The notes beneath the pieces were generated by a model. That model saw only the letters and a list, made by a program, of their open reading frames with translations. It made no database searches and was not told the origin of the DNA. Below are positions 9,688 to 17,459 of a stretch of DNA of 64,000 bases, in pieces. Origin of the DNA: Marivita sp. Lineage in GTDB: Bacteria > Pseudomonadota > Alphaproteobacteria > Rhodobacterales > Rhodobacteraceae. How positions within the stretch are numbered: position 1 is the stretch's first letter; each line of letters starts with the position of its first letter. The stretch covers positions 20,544 through 84,543 of the forward strand of contig NZ_JAIPUT010000007.1 in assembly GCF_020055635.1 (NCBI RefSeq). Reading direction: 5' to 3'. Position numbers and translations under genes: made by a program.

Positions 9688-10368
9688 ATGACGATGGCGC
9701 ATCTGCTGTTCGCGCGCGACTTCGACGCGGAGATCGACGAGGAACGGCGTCTCGCCGCCTGCGTTGCGCCGGTCCATGGCCCGGACGAACTTGCCGCGGC
9801 GGTCGAAGCGGCCCGGCAGGAAGGCCTTGCGCAAGGCCGCGCCCAGGGCCTCGAGGAGGGCCGCGCGGAGATGCGCGCGGCGCTCGAGGCGCGGCGCGCA
9901 GACGCGCTCGAACAGCTCCTCCCCGAGATCGCCGCGCTGGTTGCAGATCGGGCGGCGTACCGGCAAGGCCTCGAGGCCGAGATGGTGGCCTATGTGCGGG
10001 ACGTCTCCGAGCGGGTCCTGCCGGAGATCGTCCACGCCCTCGGGCGCCGGCGGCTCGATGCGGAAATCGCCCGCATCGTCAGGCGCGCCGTCGGCAGCCC
10101 GACGCTGGAGATACACCTGTCCCCCCTCGTGGCGGACACGTTCCCGGACACGTTTGCAGACATTCTTGCGGCCGGCGGCGACCACCAGGGCCCCGCCATC
10201 CGCGTGGTCCCCGATGCCGCGCTCGAGCCGTCCGAGGTCCGGGCGAGCTGGTGCAACGGCCGCTCGCGCCATTCCTTCCCGGCGCTCTGCCGGTCCATCC
10301 TCGCGCTCGTCGCCGACGCGGCGTCCGCCCCCCCTCCCGAAGCAGGAACAGGTCCAGAAGATGCTTAA
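9688..10368 (+). CDS. FliH/FlbE-like flagellar assembly protein
   Basis: 226 aa between fliF and fliN. Charged Ala/Glu/Arg-rich coiled region (AAVEAARQEGLAQGRAQGLEEGRAEMRAALEARRADALEQ). Overlaps the fliN start by 8 bp. Confidence 0.55.
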   Translation: MTMAHLLFARDFDAEIDEERRLAACVAPVHGPDELAAAVEAARQEGLAQGRAQGLEEGRAEMRAALEARRADALEQLLPEIAALVADRAAYRQGLEAEMVAYVRDVSERVLPEIVHALGRRRLDAEIARIVRRAVGSPTLEIHLSPLVADTFPDTFADILAAGGDHQGPAIRVVPDAALEPSEVRASWCNGRSRHSFPALCRSILALVADAASAPPPEAGTGPEDA

Positions 10369-10690
10369 CCCGCCACAGCCCAACCTCCTTGACGACATGG
10401 CCAAGGACAGCCCCGCGCAGGAGGAGATCGACGGCCACAACATCAATTCGATGCTCAACGTGTCGCTGAACGTCCAGGTGGTGCTCGGCCAGGCGCGCAT
10501 GTCGATCTCGCAGCTCCTCTCGCTGGCCCGCGGCTCGGTCATCGAGATCGACCGCAAGATCGGAGAACCGCTCGACGTGATGATCAATGACCGGCTCGTG
10601 GCCCGCGGCGACCTCGTCAAGGTGGGCGAGGACGGGATCGGCATCACGCTCACCGAGATCGTCAAGGACTACGTCTCGGTGATTGGCTGA
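10361..10690 (+). CDS. fliN: Flagellar motor switch protein FliN
   Basis: ATG at 10361, 109 aa. SpoA domain: VSLNVQVVLGQARMSISQLLSLARGSVIEIDRKIGEPLDVMINDRLVARGDLVKVGEDGIGITLTEIV. Confidence 0.9.
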   Translation: MLNPPQPNLLDDMAKDSPAQEEIDGHNINSMLNVSLNVQVVLGQARMSISQLLSLARGSVIEIDRKIGEPLDVMINDRLVARGDLVKVGEDGIGITLTEIVKDYVSVIG

Positions 10691-10693
10691 CAG

Positions 10694-11524
10694 ATGCGCG
10701 GGGCCCTTCCCCTGGCCTGTCTCGTCGGTCTCTGCGCAGGGCCTGCCCTGGCGCAGGCCACGCCGATGGAGTCGCTTGGCCCGCTGCTCCGGGACCTGTC
10801 CGAGAGCCTTGGCGACGACGGCGGCGAGGCGTTGTCGGGACGGCTTGTCCAGCTCATCGGCCTGCTGACGGTCCTGTCGATCGCGCCGGGGCTGATGATC
10901 GTCATGACGTGCTTCACGCGCTTCGTGATCGTGTTGTCGATGCTCCGCATGGCGCTCGGGCTCAACCAGTCGCCGCCGAACCTCGTCATCACCTCGCTGG
11001 CGCTGTTCCTGACCTTCTTCGTGATGCAGCCGGTCTTCCAGGCCAGCTGGGACGAGGGCCTCGCGCCATTGCTCGAGGGCGCGATCACGGAGGAGCAGGC
11101 GGTGCCGCGGATCGCCATGCCGTTCCACCGCTTCATGGCGGCCAACACCCGCGAGATCGACATCGCGCTCTTCGAACGCTACGCCGCCGGGGGCGCCGGC
11201 AGCCAGGAGGCCCTGGCGCCTCCGGGCGCGGCCATGGCGGCCGAGCCACCGGACGGACCGGACGACCGCGCCGGGGTCTCGTGGTCGGTCCTCGTGCCCG
11301 CCTTCATGATCTCCGAACTGCGGCGGGCCTTCACCATCGGCTTCCTGATCTACCTGCCTTTCGTCGCGATCGACCTCATCGTGGCGTCGATCCTCATGGG
11401 CGCCGGCATGATGATGCTGTCGCCGGTGATGATCTCGTTGCCCTTCAAGGTCATCTTCTTCGTGCTCATCGACGGCTGGTACATGCTGGCCGGTTCGCTC
11501 ATCCAGTCCTACGCGGCATACTAA
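10694..11524 (+). CDS. fliP: Flagellar export-gate protein FliP
   Basis: Signal peptide, then LLTVLSIAPGLMIVMTCFTRFVIVLSMLRMALGLNQSPPN (FliP signature). Contains an unusual roughly 40-aa Ala/Gly/Pro-rich insertion. Confidence 0.95.
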   Translation: MRGALPLACLVGLCAGPALAQATPMESLGPLLRDLSESLGDDGGEALSGRLVQLIGLLTVLSIAPGLMIVMTCFTRFVIVLSMLRMALGLNQSPPNLVITSLALFLTFFVMQPVFQASWDEGLAPLLEGAITEEQAVPRIAMPFHRFMAANTREIDIALFERYAAGGAGSQEALAPPGAAMAAEPPDGPDDRAGVSWSVLVPAFMISELRRAFTIGFLIYLPFVAIDLIVASILMGAGMMMLSPVMISLPFKVIFFVLIDGWYMLAGSLIQSYAAY

Positions 11525-11546
11525 GCCCGAACACGCAGGCCCTCCC

Positions 11547-12560
11547 ATGAAAATCCCCCCCGACGACATTCGCCTGCGCGGCATCGAGAAGGCCGCGATC
11601 CTGTTCATCTGCCTGGGCGAGTCGCGCGGCTCCGAACTGATGCGCCAGCTGTCGACCCCCGAGATCCAGGCCCTCGTATCGGCGATGTCGACGCTCGGCA
11701 CGATCCCCGCCGCAACGGTCGAGACCGTGCTCAAGGAGTTCTCCGAGAACGTCTCGGGCTCCGCCGGCGTCCAGGGCTCGATCGAGATGGCCGAGCGGCT
11801 TCTGCTGAACTTCATGAACGAGGACCAGGTGGCCGAGATCATGGGCGAGCTGAAGGGCCCGGCAAGCGGCCGCAACGTCTGGGAGGCCCTCTCCACCCTC
11901 AACGAGCAGACCATCGCGAGCTGGCTCAAGGGCGAGCACGACCAGACCATCGCCGCGATCATGACGAAGGTCAAACCCGACGTCGCCGCGCGCGTCGTGC
12001 CGCTCTTCGGACCCGAGCGGATGGCCGACATCACGACCCGGATGATCCGCATCGACATGCTGCCCCGCCACGTGACCGAAACCCTCGAGAACGTCGTCCG
12101 CAACGAACTCCTCACCGCCGCCTCGCGCAAGACAAGCCACGATTCAAAGCAACGCATGGCAGACATGTTCAACAAGATGGACGGCGCCGTCTTCGACCGG
12201 CTGTCCGAGGCCCTCGAACAGCGCGCGCCCACCGACTTCATCGCGATCAAGCAGAAGATGTTCACCTTCGACGATCTCATCCGCCTCGACGCAAACGCGC
12301 TTCAGCGCATCATCCGCATGGCCGACGGAAAACTCCTCGCGCTCGCGCTGCGCGGCGCAAAAAAACCCATCCGCGACGGCATCATGGAAACCCTCACCCT
12401 GCGGATGCAGGACATGCTGCGCGCCGAAATGCAGGACATGGGTCCCGTCCGAGCCCGCGACACTCGCGAAGCACAATCCGCCCTCATCGACATCGCAAAC
12501 GACCTCGCAAGACAGGAAATCATCCGCCTCCCAACCCAGGAAGACGAACTCCTCGAATGA
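11547..12560 (+). CDS. fliG: Flagellar motor switch protein FliG
   Basis: 337 aa. GIEKAAILFICLGESRGSELMRQLSTPEIQALVSAM..., and C-terminal torque-helix region ...RDTREAQSALIDIANDLARQEII. Confidence 0.9.
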   Translation: MKIPPDDIRLRGIEKAAILFICLGESRGSELMRQLSTPEIQALVSAMSTLGTIPAATVETVLKEFSENVSGSAGVQGSIEMAERLLLNFMNEDQVAEIMGELKGPASGRNVWEALSTLNEQTIASWLKGEHDQTIAAIMTKVKPDVAARVVPLFGPERMADITTRMIRIDMLPRHVTETLENVVRNELLTAASRKTSHDSKQRMADMFNKMDGAVFDRLSEALEQRAPTDFIAIKQKMFTFDDLIRLDANALQRIIRMADGKLLALALRGAKKPIRDGIMETLTLRMQDMLRAEMQDMGPVRARDTREAQSALIDIANDLARQEIIRLPTQEDELLE

Positions 12561-13136
12561 CAAACACCCTCATCTCTATACTCAAAATCAACGGCGATAC
12601 GCCGACAAAGAAAAACGGCTGACACCGCGGCCCGGGCGGGCCCGTCATGAGCAGGGGCTGCGAAGCATCAAATCGTTCAGCAAGCTCGAAGGCCAATTGT
12701 CGAAATCGACAATCCACCTATCAAAGCAATTTCGTGTCCAAAGTGGAAACTCGCCATCTGCGCAACACAACTTAAGAGGATATCGATATCCAAAGAAAAC
12801 TTCCGTAAATTGCATTAAAGCAGGAAAAGGCAGAAATTGGGCAAAATTGGGCAAAAGCTGTGGAATTTTGTAGCAAACTCTGAAAAGTTAACATTCAGGT
12901 TGTGAGCAAGGGGAGGAAGAACACCGTAGCTTGACCGATTTTTGCGCCGATCAATGGCATCTTGATACAGCACTGGTCACCTAGGATTGCCTAGAACCAA
13001 TTCATTTTAAATCCCGTTGTACCAACTCGGTAATGGAGCCCTTTCGGCAACCAAATGGAGACGTGCGGAAAAAATGTCCGTGAAAATGCCAAAGCAAGAC
13101 ATTTAAGAAAACAGCCCAATTTTAGAGACCTGATTA
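12561..13136. promoter_or_regulatory. 576-bp AT-rich non-coding leader upstream of the curlin-repeat genes
   Basis: Two 60-nt lines counted by hand (12781-12840 and 12841-12900) are 35% and 38% GC, against 63% for a backbone line (8041-8100). No credible ORF. Contains short direct and inverted repeats. Confidence 0.5.
12834..12856 (+). repeat. Tandem 10-bp direct repeat AAATTGGGCA x2 (+AAA)
   Basis: Read directly: AAATTGGGCA AAATTGGGCA AAA. The period is one helical turn. Located about 280 bp upstream of the first curlin-like gene. Confidence 0.6.
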
Positions 13137-13499
13137 ATGAAATTCCCAAAGCTTCTCTTCACGACAGCCCTCAGCCTTTTGATGAGCGCCGGTCTTGCCG
13201 ATGACGAGCTTCTTGATCGTAACGGCTCCGGCACCTCAGTGCTGGTCGGTAAGTCTGGTGGCACAGGCATCATCGCGGGCCGTGACGTTGCCGACTTGGC
13301 GACGAATACAGAGCATCATCGCTCGTCAACGGAAATTGAAACACGTTCACCACCTTGCTGGATGACTCCGGCAACAAGCTTACAGGCCGGCGACTGGAAG
13401 CAAGTCGTCGTTGTGTCGGTCGGAACTGGCAACTTTTCCAGCACGACGCACCGCGCCTCCTCAAACTTGTCGGGGATCTCGCAAGAACCGCATGTTTAA
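13137..13499 (+). CDS. Short secreted protein with degenerate curlin-type repeats (possible CsgB-like nucleator or decaying paralog)
   Basis: The signal peptide MKFPKLLFTTALSLLMSAGLADD is homologous to those of the two following genes. The C-terminal LQAGDWKQVVVVSVGTGNFSSTTH fits Q-x-G-x-x-N-x-A-x-V-x-Q-x-G-x-G-N-x-A-x-x-x-Q at most fixed positions. Weak RBS. Confidence 0.45.
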   Translation: MKFPKLLFTTALSLLMSAGLADDELLDRNGSGTSVLVGKSGGTGIIAGRDVADLATNTEHHRSSTEIETRSPPCWMTPATSLQAGDWKQVVVVSVGTGNFSSTTHRASSNLSGISQEPHV

Positions 13500-13504
13500 C
13501 GTCC

Positions 13505-13527
13505 CCGGGAGCGGCCCACGCTCCCGG
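13505..13527 (+). terminator. GC-rich hairpin (9-bp stem, 5-nt loop) between curlin-like gene 1 and gene 2
   Basis: CCGGGAGCG-gccca-CGCTCCCGG, a perfect stem starting 6 nt after the TAA of gene 1. No U-tract follows, so it may be an attenuator or processing site rather than a classic terminator. Confidence 0.45.
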
Positions 13528-13563
13528 CATCTACCAACCTGAATTCTACAAGGGAGAATTACC

Positions 13564-15078
13564 ATGAAACTGTCCAGGCTTATCTTCACCACATCCACTG
13601 CGCTTGGCCTATCGATGACTGCGGTACTTGCAGATGGCAATGAAACCGAATTGGCACAATCCGGAAATGACAACTCGACGCTGATCGATCAGTCCCTTGC
13701 GACCAATTCCGACGTGGGTGTGCTGGGGTCCATTCCCGCGGCAACACAGAACGGCGATGACAACGTTCTCGTCATCAGCCAAGCCGGTGATGCCAACAGG
13801 ATTGCAAGTAACGCGGCGGCGGCAATTCTCCTTCAGGATGGCACTGAAAACAATGGCAGCATCGAGCAAAGCCGCACGATCCCGCCGACATCACCCTCCA
13901 CAAGCACGGGCAACGTGGTGACCGTGATGCGCCAAGAGGGTGCTGGCAATGATGTGACGATTTCGCAAACGAGCGACCAGAATCGCAACTATGCAAACGT
14001 TCGGCAGAACAATGCCGGCAATAGTGCAGATGGCAATACGGCCAGTGTGACTCAGGTCAACACCGCTCCGGACAACCAGAATGCCAACCGCAACGAAGTG
14101 TCCTCTGGCCCAGGTCACGTTGGCGGGGTTGTCCAGAACGGCAAGCGCAACACGGCGGCGGTTGAGCAGCAGGGTCAGGGCCTCCGCCTGAGACTGTTGG
14201 AGCAAGTTGGTGATGATAACGATGCGAATGTTGTTCTCACCGGCGTTGACAATGGACAGCCGGATTTGACTGTCGGTGGGCCGTCGGGCTCTGTCGGTGC
14301 GTTTAGCCGCGAGGTCTTGCAACTTGGCGATCTGAACCAGACCGACGTGAACATTTCAGGGATGGCCAATGCCTACGGCGTGAAGCAGCAGGGCAACGAA
14401 AACGATGCATTGGGCATCATGGTGACGGGGAACAACAACTCTGTCGGAGTAGGTCAATTCGGAGACCTCAACGAGATCTCTCTTGCGACCGTGGCCGGCG
14501 ACCTGAACAGCATTGGGTTCGAACAGGTCGGAAATGAGAATTTCGCTTTGGCCACAGTGAACGGAAACCAGAACGAGGCACTTGTCAGCCAGGTTGGTGA
14601 CCGCAATGAAACGCGCCTCGACGTCGACGGCAATTTCAACGAGGCCGAACTGAAAGTCACCGGAGACGACAACTATCTCAACGGATTTCAGAAACAGCGC
14701 CGCAACGACATGTTCGTGACCCTCGACGGGAGCGGCAACAACAATCTGCTTGCCTCTGACCCCTTCAACGGATCGGCGTTGATTGCACGTGATTTCGTGC
14801 GCGCCAGCGGCGGATTGAAAAGCGCGGATTTCCGGCGTGGCGACCTGATCCAGATCGGATATGGAGGATCGGGCAATTCGAGAAACAGCGTGTTCATCAC
14901 CGGCACGAATGCCGACAACAACAGCTTCGCCACCTACCAGAACGGCAATCGCAACGCGACTGTCGGGTCGATCACGGATGGAACCATGAACCAGGCCGTC
15001 GTTGCCCAGATCGGCGATGACAACAGTGCCACCTTCAGCCAGGTCGGCAATGGCAACAACGCCGGGATCATCCAATAG
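13564..15078 (+). CDS. Secreted curlin-repeat protein (CsgA-like functional-amyloid subunit), 504 aa
   Basis: RBS GGGAGA. Signal peptide MKLSRLIFTTSTALGLSMTAVLA. Repeats throughout of the type NxAxxxQxGxxNxA (e.g. VGQFGDLNEISLATVAGDLNSIGFEQVGNENFALATVNGNQNEALVSQVGDRNE). Ends ...AVVAQIGDDNSATFSQVGNGNNAGIIQ. Confidence 0.85.
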   Translation: MKLSRLIFTTSTALGLSMTAVLADGNETELAQSGNDNSTLIDQSLATNSDVGVLGSIPAATQNGDDNVLVISQAGDANRIASNAAAAILLQDGTENNGSIEQSRTIPPTSPSTSTGNVVTVMRQEGAGNDVTISQTSDQNRNYANVRQNNAGNSADGNTASVTQVNTAPDNQNANRNEVSSGPGHVGGVVQNGKRNTAAVEQQGQGLRLRLLEQVGDDNDANVVLTGVDNGQPDLTVGGPSGSVGAFSREVLQLGDLNQTDVNISGMANAYGVKQQGNENDALGIMVTGNNNSVGVGQFGDLNEISLATVAGDLNSIGFEQVGNENFALATVNGNQNEALVSQVGDRNETRLDVDGNFNEAELKVTGDDNYLNGFQKQRRNDMFVTLDGSGNNNLLASDPFNGSALIARDFVRASGGLKSADFRRGDLIQIGYGGSGNSRNSVFITGTNADNNSFATYQNGNRNATVGSITDGTMNQAVVAQIGDDNSATFSQVGNGNNAGIIQ

Positions 15079-15167
15079 GCCGTAGAACCATCCGCGCGAA
15101 ATGCGCCTATCGACGAAAGTGTCCGGTCTCGCATCGGGCGCTTCAACAAAATTGACCTCAAAAGGAT

Positions 15168-17246
15168 TTGAAAATGACCATAACCAGACTTCTTCTTACA
15201 TCGAGCAGCGCCCTTGTCCTGTCGCTGTCTGCAGCGCTTGCCGATGATAATTTCGTCCTTCTGGAACAGGAAGGCGAATCCAACTCGGCTCTGATCGACC
15301 AGACCGGCGCAGACAATTCAAGCGTGGGGCATGTCAAGCCGACACCGTCCGGCCCGGGCGGGATTGTGGATGGCATCGCAAAGCAGGTGGGTGATGACAA
15401 CGTCATGAACATCACGCAAATCGGCAGTGCCAACAGGGTTGCACCCGGTCCCTTCAACGATGGTCGTGCCGATCAGCTGGGCGATGGCAATACTCTTTCG
15501 ATCGTGCAGGCCCGCGATCCAGCCGCGACCGGCTCTTCCGGAAACCGTGTCGGAACGACCATTCAGGTCGGTGACAATCACGAGGCTAACATCACCCAGA
15601 CAACATCGGATCGCCCCAACAATGCCAACCTGCGCCAAAGCAACGGCGGCAGCGGCGAAGACGGGAACACCGCGTCCATCGTCCAGAATAACACCGGGAG
15701 CGGGCAGAACAACATCCTGACCTCGACCACCGATGGCGGCGTGGCCCAGAATGGCCAGCGCAACATCGCCTCGGTCGAACAGGACGGCACCCGGCTGCGC
15801 CTGCGCCGCCTGAGACAGATCGGCGATGACAACAGCGCGAATGTTCTGATGACCGGCGAAAGCAACGGCGTGGCACCCTACGAACTGACCGATGGCTTCT
15901 CGGGGGCCAGCAATGCCAGCGCTTCGGAAGTGAACCAGACCGGCGACCTCAACGTGACGGCGCTCTCGATTGGGGGAACGGGCAATTCCTATGGCGTGGA
16001 GCAGGCAGGGAACGAGAACCTTGCCCTTGGCATCGTCGTGACAGGCAATGATAATTCGGTCGGTGTTGGCCAGTTCGGCGACCGGAACGAAATCGACCTT
16101 GCCACCGTGGCCGGGACTCGCAACAGCACCGGGATCAACCAGACAGGCGATGACAACTTCGCCTCGACCGATGTGTCCGGAGACGACAACGATACGCTGT
16201 CGCGGCAAACGGGTGACTTCAACACGGCCACGGCGACAATTGGCGGCGGTGGAGACAACACCACCTTGATCGACCAGACCGGCAATCTGAACATCGGCAC
16301 GGCAACCGTCATCAGTGGGGGTGGCAACACCACCAATGTCCTTCAGGATGGCACCGCGAACATCGGCACCGCAGATATTTCCGGCGGCGGCGTCAACACC
16401 ACCAATGTCGATCAGACCGGTAATGCGAATATCGGTACGGCAGGGGTTGGGGGTGGCGGAAACAACACCACGGACGTCCTGCAGAATGGCAACGCGAACA
16501 TCGGCACGGCGGATATTTCCGGCGGTGGAGACAACACCACCACGGTCGATCAGATGGGCAATCTTAATATCGGTACGGCACTTGTCGGCGGCGGTGGCGA
16601 CAACGTCACCGACGTCCTGCAGGACGGCTTCGGAAACTTCGGTCTGGCCGATATCGGCAGCGCCGGCGGGAACACCACCCTGCTCGATCAGCTTGGCGAG
16701 GCCAATGACGGCAGGATCACCATCAGTGGCGGCGGCGACAACGATACGACGCTGTTGCAGGATGGTTTCCGAAACGTTGCAACTGCCGACGTCGGTGGTG
16801 CTGGGAACAACGTCCTGATGGCGTCGATGACCGGCAACTTGAACCGCCTGCAATTGGAGCAGGGCGGTGCTGGCAACAACAACATGGACGTGTCGGTGAC
16901 GGGGGACCGGAACAACTACACCTCGCCAACGCTCACCTTGCCGTTCGTCGGGACCGTCCCGATCAACCCGCCGTCGTCACCAACATTCTCGGGTGCCGCG
17001 CTGACCGCCAACGGCACCGGTCTTGGCAAAGGCGACCTGTTCCAGAACGGCGATGGCAACTCTCTGTTGCTTGCGGTTGCAGGGGACCTGAACAGCTTTG
17101 CCACGCTGCAAGACGGTAACGGCAACAGCATCGACGGTTCGGTCTCGGGCAACATGCACCAGGCCGTCGTGACGCAGGTCGGCATGAGCAATGTCGCCAA
17201 CTTTACCCAGAGCGGCATCGGCAACAATGCTGGCATTTCCCAGTAA
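15168..17246 (+). CDS. Secreted curlin-repeat protein (CsgA-like), 692 aa, with a Gly-rich 23-aa tandem array
   Basis: RBS AAGGA. Signal peptide MKMTITRLLLTSSSALVLSLSAALA. Same architecture as the previous gene plus 10 extra repeats. Ends ...AVVTQVGMSNVANFTQSGIGNNAGISQ. Confidence 0.85.
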   Translation: MKMTITRLLLTSSSALVLSLSAALADDNFVLLEQEGESNSALIDQTGADNSSVGHVKPTPSGPGGIVDGIAKQVGDDNVMNITQIGSANRVAPGPFNDGRADQLGDGNTLSIVQARDPAATGSSGNRVGTTIQVGDNHEANITQTTSDRPNNANLRQSNGGSGEDGNTASIVQNNTGSGQNNILTSTTDGGVAQNGQRNIASVEQDGTRLRLRRLRQIGDDNSANVLMTGESNGVAPYELTDGFSGASNASASEVNQTGDLNVTALSIGGTGNSYGVEQAGNENLALGIVVTGNDNSVGVGQFGDRNEIDLATVAGTRNSTGINQTGDDNFASTDVSGDDNDTLSRQTGDFNTATATIGGGGDNTTLIDQTGNLNIGTATVISGGGNTTNVLQDGTANIGTADISGGGVNTTNVDQTGNANIGTAGVGGGGNNTTDVLQNGNANIGTADISGGGDNTTTVDQMGNLNIGTALVGGGGDNVTDVLQDGFGNFGLADIGSAGGNTTLLDQLGEANDGRITISGGGDNDTTLLQDGFRNVATADVGGAGNNVLMASMTGNLNRLQLEQGGAGNNNMDVSVTGDRNNYTSPTLTLPFVGTVPINPPSSPTFSGAALTANGTGLGKGDLFQNGDGNSLLLAVAGDLNSFATLQDGNGNSIDGSVSGNMHQAVVTQVGMSNVANFTQSGIGNNAGISQ
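16242..16915 (+). repeat. In-frame tandem repeat, about 69-bp (22-25 aa) period, roughly 10 copies, inside the 692-aa curlin-like gene
   Basis: Units such as GGGDNTTLIDQTGNLNIGTATVIS / GGGNTTNVLQDGTANIGTADIS / GGGNNTTDVLQNGNANIGTADIS. GGCGGTGGAG recurs at 16245 and 16521, which is 276 bp or 4 units. Confidence 0.85.
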
Positions 17247-17286
17247 ACTCTGAGTGTGCCGCGAACGTCACGCGTATCCATGGAGG

Positions 17287-17305
17287 GCCCGGCATCGAGC
17301 CGGGC
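17287..17305. terminator. Hairpin between the convergent curlin gene 3 and hemN
   Basis: GCCCGGC-atcga-GCCGGGC (7-bp stem), 41 nt after the curlin gene stop. Weak T-tract (tcttcc). Confidence 0.35.
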
Positions 17306-17459
17306 TCTTCCAACATTTTCAGGGCGAATTTCAAGTCAACCCAATGAGGCATTTCCGATGACCTGCTGAGCACGTCCGGAAGGGGCGAACCTGCCATTGT
17401 TCATCGTTGCGCCCATCAAGGAAGAAGCGGTCCCCGCATCTGTGTCTATTCGCGACAGT

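Noticed and set aside
7027-12280. Long alternative ORFs across the flagellar genes (596 aa plus strand at 7027-8817; 513 aa minus strand at 9124-10665; 733 aa minus strand at 10079-12280; 460 aa plus strand at 9087-10469)
   Set aside because: Their Arg/Pro/Gly/Ala-rich low-complexity translations are typical of off-frame reading of about 65% GC DNA. They overlap confidently identified fliM/fliL/fliF/fliH/fliN/fliP/fliG genes.
12520-12854. Two short minus-strand ORFs (65 and 69 aa) and a 43-codon plus-strand ATG ORF (12647) in the AT-rich leader
   Set aside because: No RBS, odd composition and no motif. More likely non-coding regulatory DNA, though a small protein or sRNA cannot be excluded without expression data.
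14356-16853. 239-aa (14356-15075) and 511-aa (15318-16853) minus-strand ORFs, plus other short ORFs over the curlin genes
   Set aside because: These are antisense shadows of the repeat-rich curlin-like genes. The plus-strand frames have RBSs, signal peptides and the curlin repeat pattern.
16242-16915. Possible CRISPR-like or satellite array suggested by the regular 69-bp periodicity; the same question applies to the 954-bp repeat at 62377-64000
   Set aside because: Both arrays are in frame inside long ORFs and encode coherent protein repeats. There are no unique spacers, no leader and no cas genes.
12561-17400. The low-GC curlin island as a mobile element or genomic island
   Set aside because: No integrase, transposase, tRNA target or flanking direct repeats were seen. 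Part of the low GC is explained by Asn/Thr/Asp/Gln-rich coding. Horizontal origin remains possible but unsupported.
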